64,000 nucleotides of DNA from Oopsacas minuta (GCA_024704765.1 JAKMXF010000348.1:119162-183161); one strand, 5' to 3'; counted from the first letter of the stretch, positions 50,812 to 64,000 are shown. Program-made: numbers and translations. The notes: generated by a model from the letters alone, not told the origin.

Positions 50812-53080
50812 CAGTGTTTCTCGAAGTGGGCCATAGGGCCCCCTTGGGGGTGCTATGGGTTATAGAAAGCGAAAGAGAGATACGACCTCACGTCAAAATT
50901 GGTATCATGTTCCTCATTTTGTTCATTAACAATAGGTGCTAACAAATACTTCAATGATCAAAGCCATTCACAGTGGTAATACTCTTTGTGATTATTAATA
51001 ACAGCTAATCCTTAAAAATGAATGAAGAATTCTTTTGTTACAATGTCTATGGCTTTCCTAATCGAAATATAATTATCACTGTTCTTCAAACAAATGTAAA
51101 CTTCGTAATATTTAGCAATCTGTTTAATTTCAATATAAATACATACGTAGAAATCTAAACTGAAAGGAATTGATAAACTCGATTGAAGAAATGAATAGTA
51201 AAAAGAAGTGTAGACAGTATAGTGCGATTATATCAAATACGAATTTCTTAAATCTCCTTCCAATCAACAACTCCCAATGTGTTTGTTGTGCGAACAATTT
51301 TCTCTAATGAGGGAATGAAGCCGTCAAGAATGATTGACCATCTGAAATCGCGCCACAGTAACAAGGTAGAGAAAGATATGCAATTCTTCATTAAATTGAG
51401 AAACAGCCGCAAAACAATGGGCGGAATCTTTGGAAAATAGATAGACAAAACATTGATGGTCTGGTTGTCTCCTATAACATTTCGTTACTAATTGCAAAAT
51501 CTGGTAAGCCACATACAATTGGTGAAAAACTCATTTTACCTGCAATCCAGGAAGCAGTTACAACTGTTATGTATTCAGATGGGCGAAGTGTGATTGGGTC
51601 CATTCCGTTAAGCAATGATACTGTGGAAAGGAGAATTAATTTGATGGCTAGTGATGTTGAGAAAACCCTATACAGTATACTTAAAACAACGGAATTTTCT
51701 CTTCAAATTGACGAATCCACATTGTCAGGTAACGAAGCACTGCTCCTTCATATGTCCGATATATTCTCGAAGGAATAATGGTTAAAGAAATGTTGTTTGC
51801 TAAACCACTAGTAACTGATACAAAAGGTGAATCTATCTACAAAGTCGTGGAAATTTCTTTCAGGAAAAGGAATTGTATGAATAATATCATTGCTTGTGCA
51901 ACAGATGGGGCGCCAGCTATGGTTGGTAGGCATCGTGGTTTCATTTCGTACTTGAAAAAGGCTGTGCCTGAGGTTTTCGCTATTCACTGCGTCGTCCATC
52001 GAGAACATTTGGTAGCAAAACATCTAAGTGGTCACTTGCACAACTCATTGTATATCGTCATAACTGTTATTAATAAAATCGAAGCTTCCGAACTCAAGGA
52101 AAGAATATTTCGCCAAATATGTCACGACAACGAAACAGAATTTGAACGCTTGCTTTTACACACAGAAGTGAAGTGGTTCTCAAAAGGAAAGTGCCTCAGT
52201 CAGTTCTATAGTCTTTTCGACACCATTTTAGAATTTTTAGAGGAAGAGAACCGGCGGTTAATGTAGCTTGTCAGTGCAGCGAAATCAGATGTAGCTTACT
52301 TGACTGACATTTTTGATAAGTTCAACGTAATGAACTTGCAATTACAAGGTAATTTAGTCACTCTGGTCAAGTGCAAAACTGTTGTCAACTCCTTCATAGG
52401 GAAACTAACGTTATTTAAAGAAAATATCGGTCGACGAGAATTTTACCAGTTTCCTCACCTAGCAGGACTCCAAATTTCAGATGACGATTTGCTAGCATAT
52501 TGTGAACATCTTGAAGTACTGAAAGCGGATATGATCAAGCGATTCACTGACTTGTTGGAACTTGAACCGCCTCATTGGCTATTTGGCCCTTTCTGTGTTG
52601 ATGCCCTAACAGTTCCACTCTATTTGCAGGAAGAGCTGATGGACTTGCAAAGTGATTGCGATGAAGAAGCTGATTTTACAATGATGAAGTATGAACGATT
52701 TGGATTGCATTCGCAGGACGAAATATATTTCCCAATTTGTGGAAAGTAGCAAAACTGTTAGTTCTGGCGTTTCCGACATCATATCTCGTTGAGAGAGGTT
52801 TCAGGGCAGTCGTTGAATTACTTACGAACCAAAGAAACAGACTAGATAGTTCTCAATGCGGAGATTTTAGATTGCTGCTAACTGATATGAAACCAGATGT
52901 AAATGGGATTATCGACGAAGATCACGCTCAAGTACACCCTTCTCATTAATTGATAGATAGTACTTATTATCATTAAACAAATACGAGTGTAGTAAAAATA
53001 TTTAGACTTTCTAGAGGGGGGCGGTATCGAGGGAATATTGTTTACAAGGGGCGCTGTCCGAAAAAGTTTGAGAAACATTG
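50812..53080 (+). mobile_element. hAT (Buster/SCAND3-like) element, 2269 bp; transposase pseudogene 51191-52949
   Basis: TIR CAGTGTTTCTC/GAGAAACATTG; perfect TSD CTCTATCT. Motifs FSLQIDEST, ATDGAPAM, HCVVHRE and SYLVERGF. Confidence 0.93.
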
Positions 53081-53994
53081 CTCTATCTAGTAAATATACA
53101 CTTAAATATCACATGATTATTCATACTTTTACACATTTCGGTCAATATTCAAAATGTCTCATGGACTGGCTTAAGCAGGTAATTAGGAGTAAATATGGGG
53201 CATATAATTCGATTTTGACACATTTAAATAGCTAGCACATTTTATAGAGAATATTTTTAGTTTCTTTGTTAAATTCGATGTCCTTCTGTAGCGCAACTGT
53301 AGATGCTACGTGACTTTCGGGTAGTCATCTCACCTCATTGTGCCTCGAGTATTATGAAATTCTCAAAATGTCGTTATGATATTTTTGTACAGTCATTGAC
53401 TTAGTAATCCCGTGATCTGTATGGATTTGACCAAAATCATGAGGTCAGAACGTGTGGCATTTTGACAAGTACCAGTGATTCAAAATTCAACCATCTAACA
53501 TGCATATTAGCTGAGCAGTGGTTAATAATGTGTTGTTTCTAGTCCATACTTTTAGTTTGAACATTTTATTAATCTATTGCTTCCAGTATACAGCATATCT
53601 ATACCGTCATTAGTAATGCAACTATGACTCAAGTCGATAGATGCTTGCCTTTGATGTGGTGTTATTGAGGATACAACACTTTGAGTCTATATTCTCTTGT
53701 ACATTATCTATTAAGTTAAGTTGAGGTATATGTTTTGTGATACCAAAATTGCATTATTTCCCATTATTCACTACTTAATTGATTTGAAATTCATATTACG
53801 TTTGTAAATTGCCTTAAAATGCTAGTCAATTAGTAGTGAATCAGTTAATTTATACATGTTTTTCGAAATTTCAGTCAATTTGTATATTGACATATTTTGT
53901 ACACTGACTGTAACATATCTACGTTTTTATAATTTCAACCGATTTGATTTTCTACGATCGAATTCCAATATATGGAAACTTTAATTTAATTATC

Positions 53995-56900
53995 CATTGG
54001 AAGCCGCTTAATCGGGACAGCTCGGAGTCAATGTTTTGTCCCGATTAACCGATTATGATTATTTAAGTATTTAAAACTAGTCTTTAATGTTCACATGACC
54101 AGATATATCTTATTTCTATACTACTGTAAGATATTACTTAAGAGAGTTAATACATAATCTAAGTTGTCACACACATCTACAAATAGGAAATCTCACTATA
54201 CATACTGTTACTAATTGATACTGAATACAACCTGTTCAGAAATATAATTTACAATCAGCGCCCAGACGTTATTAATTACTCTACATTGCTGATCCTGATT
54301 TATCTAGGGCAGGCTTGTCCAACCTTTTTTGTTCGCGGGCCAAATGAGGGCTTCTTTAACTACTTGAGGACCGCACGACATTGGATATATCAAGGTAGCA
54401 TGGTGTTATTTAATTGGGGATGGCGTTAATACGGGTTATTTCAGAATTGAAATATCGCTACATGTTTTATTCTATTATAGTAAACTTTAATGATAAAAGA
54501 ACATATCTAAAGGGATATCTTGGTTTGTTATTGTTTACACAAAGAGTCAATATCTGCTCATACACATGATGTCGCGATCCGTAATATTCCTGATAGATGT
54601 GTATCTGTCGGGAGTGATCTAGACTTGCTTTTAATATTTTCATCATTGAGAAAAGCTGTTCACAGCAATACGTGCTGCCAAATAAGGAAAGGAATCCAAG
54701 TGTGTGTTGCGATAAATTAGGAAATAGATCCGCTGTAACATATTGACCATAATTGTCAGAGGGTCATGCTCTGCAAAAACTCTCTTTCTCTCCGAGTTAT
54801 TTTGTATTTCTATTAGTTCCAGTTGGAACATTTCAGGAGCATTAGTGGCATCGTTTCAAACGGATGTGCAAACAGCTCCATTTCATCGATTTTGTCACTA
54901 AAATAAAACAATCTTAGTTTAAATTCATCGATTAAGCTATTGGTCAGTGCAGAATACTTGTCATGGTTCACTGTCTCATTTTTTCTTGAAGATAATGTTG
55001 AGAAATGTACCACCTTTTTCAAAATAAATTGTTGGTGGAATAATTGTAATTTGTTGATGAACGCTTTGACATGCTCATACAGGTTGTTAACGAATTGTTT
55101 TCTTCGTGTAGTTTCAGGTTTAAATCTGCGAGATACTTAGTTATGTCAACTAGAAATGCGAGATCATTCAACCACTGATCATCATCCAGAAAGCTCACAT
55201 CCTTTTCCTTAATTGTCATGAATGTTTTTATTTCTTCAAGTAGTGACCAGGATCTGGCAAGAGTAGACGCTCTGCTGAGCCAGCGAACTTGACTAAAGTA
55301 AATAACATCGTTGTAGTCTGATCCTACCTCTGCAAGGAACGCATGGAATTTTCTGTGATTGAGTCCCTTCGACCTTATGAAATTGACTGTATTGAGGACA
55401 TTTTCCATCACATGTTTCATATCTAAGGTTTTTGCACAAAGCTGTTCTTGATGAATAATGCAGTGGTATGCCATAACTGGAGGGATCATTGATTTGAGTA
55501 TAAGGCTAACAAAACCTTTATACTTTGCTGTCATAGGAGGAGCTCCACCAGTTGTTAACCACTTAGTGTTTCATCTGCAAGTTTGAATTTCATAAACACA
55601 TGTTTTACTTCATTGAAAATATCTTGCCCAGCAGTTGTGTCTTTCATTGGACATAAGTCGAGCAGTTCCTCGATTATTTCAAAATTTTCTATGACACCAC
55701 GTACAAAGATTGCCAGTTGAGCTGTGTCGCTTACATCGGTACTTTCATCAGGGGCCAAGCTGTAAAATTTGCAAGCTTTGAGTCGTTTAATTAGTGAAAT
55801 TTCAATGTTGGATGATAAATCATCTACTCTTATAGCAACAGTTTGATATGACAGACTAATGCTCTCTACTATCGACTTCTTATCTGGGCATGCCACAGAT
55901 GCATGTATGCCTAAGCAGTCTTTGACAAATTCCCCTTCAGACAATGGTTTTCCACTCTTAACTATCGCTTCTGTTATCAGAAAGCTGATATTGTTGCTGT
56001 CTCAGAACTTAATTTATCGGCTTTGAAGAAAGATTGTTGACTGTTGATGCTATCCTTCAACAGGTTCACCCGATCGATTCTCACCTGACTTGTAAGCGTG
56101 TCAAATGTATCTGCATCTTTAGTAGAGTAATGTCGTTTGATATTATACTCTTTGAATACAGCTATCTTTTCCTGACATATCAAGCACAATAAGTATTCGT
56201 TGTGTTTTACGACGAAAAAATCTAATGTCCATGAGGATTTGAAAACTCGACATTCACTGTCATTTTTCCTTTTCTTTGCTTTAATCACGGGAGGTGACAT
56301 ATTTGTTTTGCAGTTATTTTAATATTGTTTAAGGTAGTTTATTATTTGGAATTTATATGAGCTGTTCCAGTTGAGAGAAACCCAGTTATGTGACAGATAA
56401 CTACTCGATCAACACTAAATTAAAAAGTTATTTATGGATTTTTAAGTTATTGAAATCACACTTTCTGAAATTGGTTTCATTCAATTTGGTTTCGCAATAT
56501 TAAGTTTCTCTTAATTGAGTTCGCTCAAATAGGTTTCACTCAATTAATATCGCCACCAACTGGTAACAGTTCCCGAGCATGTTGGCGGGCCGTAGGTTGG
56601 GCAAGCCTGATCTAGGGTCTAGTAGAGGTTTGATTGTAGTAAGGGTATAGTTCCGCTTCAAGAGGTCACAAAATGCGTTACGATATATACTTAGAAAGTA
56701 ACTATATTTAGATTAACTAATAATGCACGTGCTTATTACTGCAACCCATGCAAAACGTTTGGATATCCTACAGTCTGGTCATTATTGAGGGAATTAGATA
56801 CGGTGGAATAGCCAATGGAACCTGAGGCGAGTGAGCAACGTTAATAATCTTGGTTAGAAATGGTAATCGCATCGGTGGTGTATTGTTATGGTTGTAGATA

Positions 56901-57172
56901 ATATTAAATTCCTAGTTCTAAACAAACAATTTTACAATGATTCTGATTAAATATACAATCGTTTAATTGGGATAGAAACCCCTATTAAGCGAATATAATT
57001 CATTTTCGGTGAATCGGGATAAGAAATCCTGAATAACCGATTATGAACTTTCAAATATGCCGTTAATGGGATAAAACATTCCGATTAAACGATTCAATGT
57101 CGCAATTATCCGACGATTTTTCTATATAAAAATCTGTTCCCAACCATTGTCCCGATTAAGCGGCTCCCACTG
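53995..57172. mobile_element. pogo/Tigger-like MITE (~870 bp on its own) hosting a hAT element
   Basis: Right end GTCCCGATTAAGCGGCTCCCACTG|TA matches left CATTGGAAGCCGCTTAATCGGGACA; subterminal CCGATTAA repeats. Confidence 0.75.
54310..56609 (-). mobile_element. hAT (GTF2IRD2-like) element, 2300 bp; transposase pseudogene from ATG 56300
   Basis: TIR CAGGCTTG(T/C)CCAACCT; perfect TSD ATCTAGGG. Motifs SLAPDESTD, HCIIHQE, VRWLSR and FGSTYCCEQLFS. Confidence 0.93.
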
Positions 57173-57774
57173 TATTACAGATTCATGCCTATTTTTGACA
57201 ATATTATTCCTAGTCTAAAGTTTCATGTAAGTAAATAGGCCTAATTATACCGGAGGTCACTCATAACTCAATGCCATTTAACTAGGGTTCTCATAGATTC
57301 CGGAGTGCATACAGACTCTATCGTCTAGTTAACACTCTGTAATGACATACCGTCAGTTTATGATTTCTATTTTCCATCCGATCTAAATATTGAAATTCTT
57401 TCTCCCTTGGATAAACACTGTCAACATGGAATATCGTATAGTGTTTCATCAAGACATTTCGGCAGGGGGGCGCAAAGTAGAGTTTGGGAATGTGAAGGTG
57501 GCTGCGTTAGCAGCCTCTCCTTAAATTCCCCCCCCCCCCGCAAGAGGGGGCACTTAAGATCCAGGGGAGGCAAATGTCCCCCTGCCAAAAAGGTATACCT
57601 GTCATAAAAACATTAAAAATGCTTTTAGATATTTTCCAGTATTTTATAAATATTGTAGGAATACATTTTGTTTTAGTACGATGAATATACTTTTATAATG
57701 TACAAAGGATATTCATTTAATTCGTAACTCTTAGGATATTTGTACTTTATAAGTGAGATTAGCCTCAAATACTA

Positions 57775-58844
57775 CTATATATGTTTAAAGTAGTCCCCCT
57801 TGTGCTCAACTACAAGCTTTAAACGCTCTATCCTTTTGAAAAATGTTTTCTTATACTCTTCTTGTGGTATGTCTCTAAGGGACCGTTGGATGGCCCTTCC
57901 AATTTGCATCCGTTCTCCAAAACTGTACCTCCTATGTGCTTTTTGAGCCCATCGAACAGCCAAAAGTCGCACGGTGCTAGGTCAGGGCTATAGGGTGGAT
58001 GTTCCAATTCCTCAAGACCTATAGAAGCAATCTTTTCCTTGACTTCCTTAGATTAGTGCGGTCTGGCATTATCATGCAAAATTTTGATTCCTCTAAGACC
58101 AATGGCTGGCTGACGTTCATTATAATGTTTTTCGATTTCCGGAAGAACAACAGTTGCATAAAAGTACCCGGTTGCTGTTTGCCCCTTAGGAGTACAGATT
58201 TGGCAGACTGGACCATGTGTATCGAATAATATGGTGTACATTACTTTGGTGGCCCAATGATCCGGTCTTGGAAGTGCTAGGGGAGAATTCACTTTTTTAC
58301 AATCCATACCTTGTTCTGTTCTTTGCGAGTTGGCTCTGAATATCTTATCCACGTCTCATCACCGGTACATATTTCAAATAGTCGCCTCTCATCACATTGG
58401 TCATACTTTTCAAGCAGTTTCTTTGCAATTCTCACCGGTCTTCTTTTGAGTCTGATTCAACAAATGTGGGACCCAACGTGAGCAAACCTTGGACATGACA
58501 AGATGTTTGGTCAGAATTGCATGAACACTTCCCGTTGACAAGGCTGGGCTGGTAGCTAACTGCTCTATCGTAATATGGGGATCAGAGTCACACATTTCAG
58601 CTACAAGAGCAATATTGTTTGCAGTGGAGCAATTATAGGTTGCCCTAACCGAGGGTCATCTTCAATCGACACCCTACCTTCACGAAAACGTAGACTCCAC
58701 TTCCTAACGGTTGATTCCGAACAGGCCTCCCCACCAATACCTGACTAAATCTTGGTGGATATTCCTTTGCGTATCGTCGAGTAATGAGCGGATTTTGATA
58801 TATGCTCTTTATTCAAGTAGAAATTCATTCGATTTTGAAGTCAT
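57775..58844 (-). pseudogene. Mariner (DD34D-type) transposase pseudogene; TIRs not resolved
   Basis: RWVPHLL, GDETW, LHDNARPH and HPPYSPDLAPCDFWLF; 5' context similar to the 30185 mariner. Confidence 0.88.
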
Positions 58845-58926
58845 AAATTCCTCTGTGGTGCTATAAACTATCTTCAAAAGGGTGTATCTCAAAAATATTA
58901 GATCAATCTCCACAAAGTGTAGTGTC

Positions 58927-61099
58927 CAGGGTGACCAGATCTCCCATGCCAAAAGAAGGACATTTTTCAAAGTCAAACCATTTGTGTTCGATTATAATAT
59001 TTTATTGTATGTTTATCAAAATATACAAATTAGCTAACACTGAAATACATAATTTAGGTAATATAATCCAAATTTCGTGATACATGTTTGTGGTACTAAA
59101 AAATATATTTAATTTGTGTATTTAGCATTGGAACAGATTTTCTTCAATGCAACTTCGTTATTGGTTAATTTTTGATGAATTTCCCTGCAACTCATTTCAA
59201 AATTCACTATTACTTTAAGTAGTGCACCAACAGTGGAAATGTCTAGTTTGTTTCTGTCGTCGCTCCATTGTACCTTTGATAAACTGAACACTCTTTCACA
59301 CACCGCGTTAGATGCAGGGATAGCAAAAATAGAAGATACTAATTTTCTTATGCAGGGAAAATTTTCTTGTGTAATGATACCCCAACGCTGGTCCAGGCTT
59401 AAATCCGAGGTCATTGACAAACTTGGAAAGTTTCGTTGATTACAGCATACTTCCTTAAACAAGTCATCAATCTGAGCAATTTCTGGGCATAATAATTCAG
59501 CACATCCCTTCAATATTTTATAACCAATTAATTCAACATCTTTCAATAATAACCAATCTGAATTTTGTGGTAAACTATCCAAATGTAGCCATTTATCAAG
59601 GTAGTCGAATGAAATCTGATAGAATGTCATACATTCGGACTTGAATATGAGTATTTGAATAACGTTGTTAATTTTAACAAGTTCCATATCAGTAATAGCT
59701 CCTAAAAATCCAGCATTATACCGATCCAACAAAGATTGCTGTAATTTTCTTAATTCACGAATCATCTCGGGCAATGAGAGATTGTTTCTCTGGAGAATTA
59801 AACTTGTGGTATTGAACAATAAAAGGGCACTATGCATGAAGAGGAAGTAGCACTGACCAAGATTAGATTCAAAAAATGTTTCCAACATTCTAGGACATAT
59901 CTCGTTCGAGAGAAAATAAGATTTCAACGCTTCCCACAGTTTTAGAATCCTTTCTAACAAGGGGAATAAAGTCAACCACCAGTTTTGCCATGATTGGGAA
60001 ACTATAAGTAGTGTAGTTCTAGAAAATCACAAAATTCGATAAACCTTTGGTGACGCTGAAGTACCCCACTCTTTTCTCCAGATAAGAAGGAAGAAATCTT
60101 TGCAACAATCGATTCAATATCAACTGATAGAGCTCGTTCACCAGCGATCTGAGCTGATTTATGTACCAAATGCGATGGACAACCAACAGGAATTAATTTG
60201 GATTTAATCTGTTTCAACTTGGTAAAAACATTGTCACCTTCTGCTCTATTAATACCACCAAAATTTACTGGAGCATTATCAGCACAAAACGCAATCATTT
60301 TTTCTGGGTTCAATCCATACTTAGTAATTACATCTAGAAGCATTTCTGCGACATGTTTTGATTTTTCATCTTGTAAATGAACAAAATCTAGGAGCTTATT
60401 CTGCACGCCACTACTGTTGAAGTATCGAATAATTATAGGAAATGTCTTTAGCTCAGTGTGATTCGATGCATCAGTTGATAAAGAGATGGCGATACCAGTT
60501 TGTAGCTCACTTAATACTTCCTCAATGCTCATCGGTGCTAGAACACCAGTAATTATTGCTTCGGTTTTAGTGCGAGCAGAATGGAAATTTATTGCTATAT
60601 CAGAATCAGAAAAACATACTGAAAGCAGGTTAGACGTACAGTCCATTGTTCTAAAAGAATGATGATGTTTTACTGTATGAAATGCAAATGTCCCCTCAGC
60701 AGCAGAAATTTTTGAACTAATAGGAGAATATCTCTCTTTGATGAATAATCCCAAAGATTGTGTTGAAGTTATCATTTGTTGGGACGAAGAGTGCTTGATC
60801 ATATCGATGTGTTTCTTGACTGAAGAAATTCCAGCACTGGCTAAAATAATGTCTACATTGCAGATAGTGCAATAGGCGAAGTTATTACCTTTATTACTTG
60901 ATTGTATGAAAGAAAACTCTTGACTAAATTCAAAGCGGAATGAACATTTCCTCTTCGCCATATTTGTAGGTTTAGCTAATATAACAAAGTAACAAGGACA
61001 AATAAGGACAATAAGGAAAAAAGAAGGACAGAATGAAAAGAAGACAATTAGTCTAAAAGGAGGACTATCCTTCCAATAGAAGGACATCTGGTCACCCTG
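58927..61099 (-). mobile_element. hAT element, 2173 bp, near-intact transposase (ATG 60961 to stop 59109)
   Basis: TIR CAGGGTGACCAGAT; TSD GTAGTGTC/ATAGTGTC. BED-like CTIC...H..H; STDAS, ADNAPVN, CPSH and CERVFS motifs. Only a stop and a 1-bp deletion near 59980-60002 were seen. Confidence 0.93.
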
Positions 61100-61865
61100 A
61101 TAGTGTCCTAAATAGACGAAAATCTAAGCAATAAATTAGATGCAAATAGTAAATACATGTGATTAGACAATAATAGCAATAGCTAGTGTTACAAACTAAT
61201 TGAAATCCCTTTGTGCTAACAGCATATGTGTTATTGATACGTGCGAATCGAATTCCCAAGAATTTGGCTTGTCCCTATTTTTCATGGTATAACCTCTTCA
61301 TTATTATTTTATGCTATTTTAATTTTTGGTGAAATTTGTTAATTAGAATAGCTAATTTTCACATAACATTTTATAACACGTCTTTATAGTAATTCTAGTT
61401 ATTGATGACGGCTAAGTTGTTAAAGAAGCAAATAGAATGTCATTTTCAGATGTTTGCACAATGTTTGCTGCTCTACAACTTTTCGATCCTTATGATTGTC
61501 CCGGCCTGCCACATTTCTTAACAGATTACACGTCCCCGATAGCTCACTGAAACAGATATATTAGTTTAAAATGGCAGTTAGCAAACAATAGCTATTTTGG
61601 CGTGAGATAGAATTATGAAATGTAGTATTTGCCTGAGGTTAACTAATGTTCAAGTTATGACGTCATTGAAAATTGAAAATTTGAAAATTTTCTGCTATGA
61701 ACACATTGTGATTCACTTTGTTGCCAGGAATTATATTATTTGCTAAGGTTTATCGCTACTTGGTATGACGGTCACCTTGAACTCTAAATTTCATTGTAGG
61801 GCTTGTATTTATAGAGTTCTGGCGTTATCAAAATTTGACGTACTAGATACATTATGGTGATACAC

Positions 61866-63990
61866 TCAAAGTTCGGGATAGTTATCTGTATTGATGGTTA
61901 AATTCATGAGTATAGTCTGAATTCTACTCTTCTGATTGTTCGTTGCAGCATTGATGCTTTTTTCCGTTGTGTGTCCAGATTGGCTACATTGTTCGCAAGT
62001 CAAAATTCTTCGATTGCTTACTAACGCTGTGTCACTTTGCAAGGTTAATCTGATCAAGATATCCATAATATTGCCCTCGAAACTAAGTTACGAGTCAAAT
62101 TTCCATCTAATTTGTTCCATTGTTTTGTGCCTCCTTCGGAGAATGCTTTTCAGCCATAGTTAGAATTGGCTCACTGATGAATTCCTCGGAATGGCTCAAG
62201 AGCTTGGGTAGGGCTGGTCAACCTTTAATCCGGTATTTTCCTGGATCACTACTCAAAGGAATTTCATTGACTCCTTGGTGAATTGAGACTCCTTGATGAG
62301 TTGAGAAGTTGGGGACCACTTAAACTTTTCCATTCGCACCTTATATACCAAAATATTGAACTTCTAAAATTGGTATGATTACATGGATATCAATTCTGAA
62401 TTGTTATGAAGTAATTCGTTTACTTACTTTAAAATACATCTGTATTGATGAAGTTGAGATGCTGGTGTATATCAATCTCTGAATTTGGTTTATGTGCTAA
62501 GTTAAACGTTGATTTGTCGAAAGAGTAAAACGACTCAACTAATCAATTTGCGAAGGTAACTCAAATTGATCAGTTGTAGTTCTGTTGATGGGGAACCCAT
62601 CAAGAACTATGTCCTATCCTTCAAATCTTTATGTGTGGTTGTACACATCTGGCAACTGGCTCCTCCAGCTCCTGCGCTGCGACAGAATGCGAAGAAAATA
62701 TTCATTTCCTTCATGAAAGTATGATTAATAAATTAACCCCGATACAGCGATGTTTCAAAAATTGAAGTACTACACAAAATGGTGTTATCAATGTTGATAT
62801 TATCGGCTTAATGTTTGATCGGAAGATAGCGGCCAGTCTCCCATATAAAAATGACTATTTGACAGTAGCGTGTATTGGCGGATGAATTTTGCCAAACAAT
62901 TCTGTTGTTGCAGTGTGGATAAGTTTAGTTTGGAACCAAATATATTGAAGTTTTTGGTGAAGGTGTTAGTTGTCTATTGGTTGTATATAGAATGACAACC
63001 AGAACCATCTAAACTAGTGTTTCCAAAGTGGGCTATATCGCCCCCGTCGGGGCGATAGGGGGCAATAAACGATTGAGGGCAACGAACGATGGTTCCATTC
63101 TGTACAGGTTGACGCTGAATTATCCGACCGATTGTCTTTTCCAACATCGTACCTCGTGGGGAGGGTTTCTTAGCTGTTGTTGAACTTCTCACGCAATAGG
63201 CTGGAGATTACCAAACGTGGTGACCTTCTGCTCTTCTTGACCAAATTCAGTCCCGGTCTGAAAAATCTTGTAACTGGCCCCGGGCCCAACCTTCACACTA
63301 AACTTATACAAATGAAAAATTTAAGTATATTATGTCTTATTATTTGATAATACCATTAATATACATACGGGATGGGGCGAGGAGGGAGGGATGGCACAAT
63401 CATCGAAGGGGGCGACAGACAGAAAAGGTTGAGAAACGCTGATCTGAACCATCTGCGATTTGATAAGTGCTTGGGAATTCTTCGCTTGTGGGTCATCTAC
63501 CATTGATATTATTCATTTCAAAGTGTTTTGAACTTGAAGAAAATATGGTATGTATACCTATTAGCTCATCTGGATCGGGATATATAGTTATACTGGATCG
63601 TGAAATCATGACACCCCTCAGATTAGCTACCCTGCTGTAGATGGGAACTGTATAATGTCTTGTAGGAGTATTTACGAGCGTGAAGTTGGCGCAAGATTTC
63701 CAAGAGCACACTTCAGTTGAATATTCGATACACTTCTCGTTGTTGGATTTGGATAAAATAGGAGACGAAGTAGAACGCATATGGACATTTATGAATTTTC
63801 GAATTTTTTGTTACATTGTTGTTGAGCATTACAAAAAAGTATTATTTTCTCATGTTTTTCGAAATCAAAATTTCAACTATCTGAACATGTTTCAAAACAT
63901 TGGACGTTTGTTATGTCAAATTTTTGCATAATTTTGTTGACTTTCCTGTGAGATATTGTTTACCAAGCATTTACATATTTGGTTCGCATA
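61866..63990 (-). pseudogene. Transib/RAG1-like transposase remnant, copy B; may extend past the window
   Basis: IADGLDGSGCHSIYNQ after removing the hAT insert; MFDRK (in an inverted segment); GAGGASCQMC; KWSPTS...TGLKVDQP; KLLSHSEEF...SEGG..NKL; DILIRL...CEQCSQSGHT. Confidence 0.82.
63015..63441 (+). mobile_element. Deleted Buster-type hAT, 427 bp
   Basis: TAGTGTTTCC...GAGAAACGCTG ends; TSD ATCTAAAC/ATCTGAAC; retains the FPTSYLV..GF hAT C-terminal fragment. Confidence 0.85.
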
Positions 63991-64000
63991 CTCTATGGCA

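Noticed and set aside
57450-57600. GC-rich patch with a poly-C run as a promoter or regulatory island
   Set aside because: Resembles decayed hAT-MITE subterminal sequence; no gene start nearby and the ends could not be defined.
61457-61463. CACAATG as the 3' TIR of copy B
   Set aside because: The partner end is outside the window, the heptamer occurs elsewhere by chance (including inverted at ~61704), and there is no nonamer-like motif.
61866-62066. CEQCSQSGH as a retroviral gag zinc knuckle (also ~18490-18540)
   Set aside because: The spacing is C-x2-C-x3-GH, and it lies directly downstream of Transib/RAG1-like core motifs in all three copies with no gag/pol context.

Overview
AT-rich eukaryotic, almost certainly animal, DNA that is mostly a nested transposon graveyard around one host exon: the first coding exon of an integrin beta gene (38282-38968). 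The element mix is compatible with an early-branching invertebrate such as a sponge, but that is only inference. Elements found: a Harbinger inside a foldback element, a Ty3/gypsy pol remnant, a 6-kb NOF/MULE-like transposon, two other MULE remnants, Tc1/mariner elements (DD37E, DD34D, DUF4817-type), two Chapaev3-type elements, many hAT elements and MITEs with 8-bp target site duplications (TSDs), and Helitron-like repeats. Two observations stand out. (1) Three decayed copies of a Transib/RAG1-like transposase, none visible in the ORF track, carry a C-terminal CxxCxxxGH tail reminiscent of invertebrate RAG1-like proteins. (2) The NOF-like element has apparently identical 446-bp terminal inverted repeats (TIRs), an orphan 279-aa frame and an OTU deubiquitinase domain. 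Two transposases also contain clean internal inversions. All family calls come from motif recognition by eye; no database searches were run.
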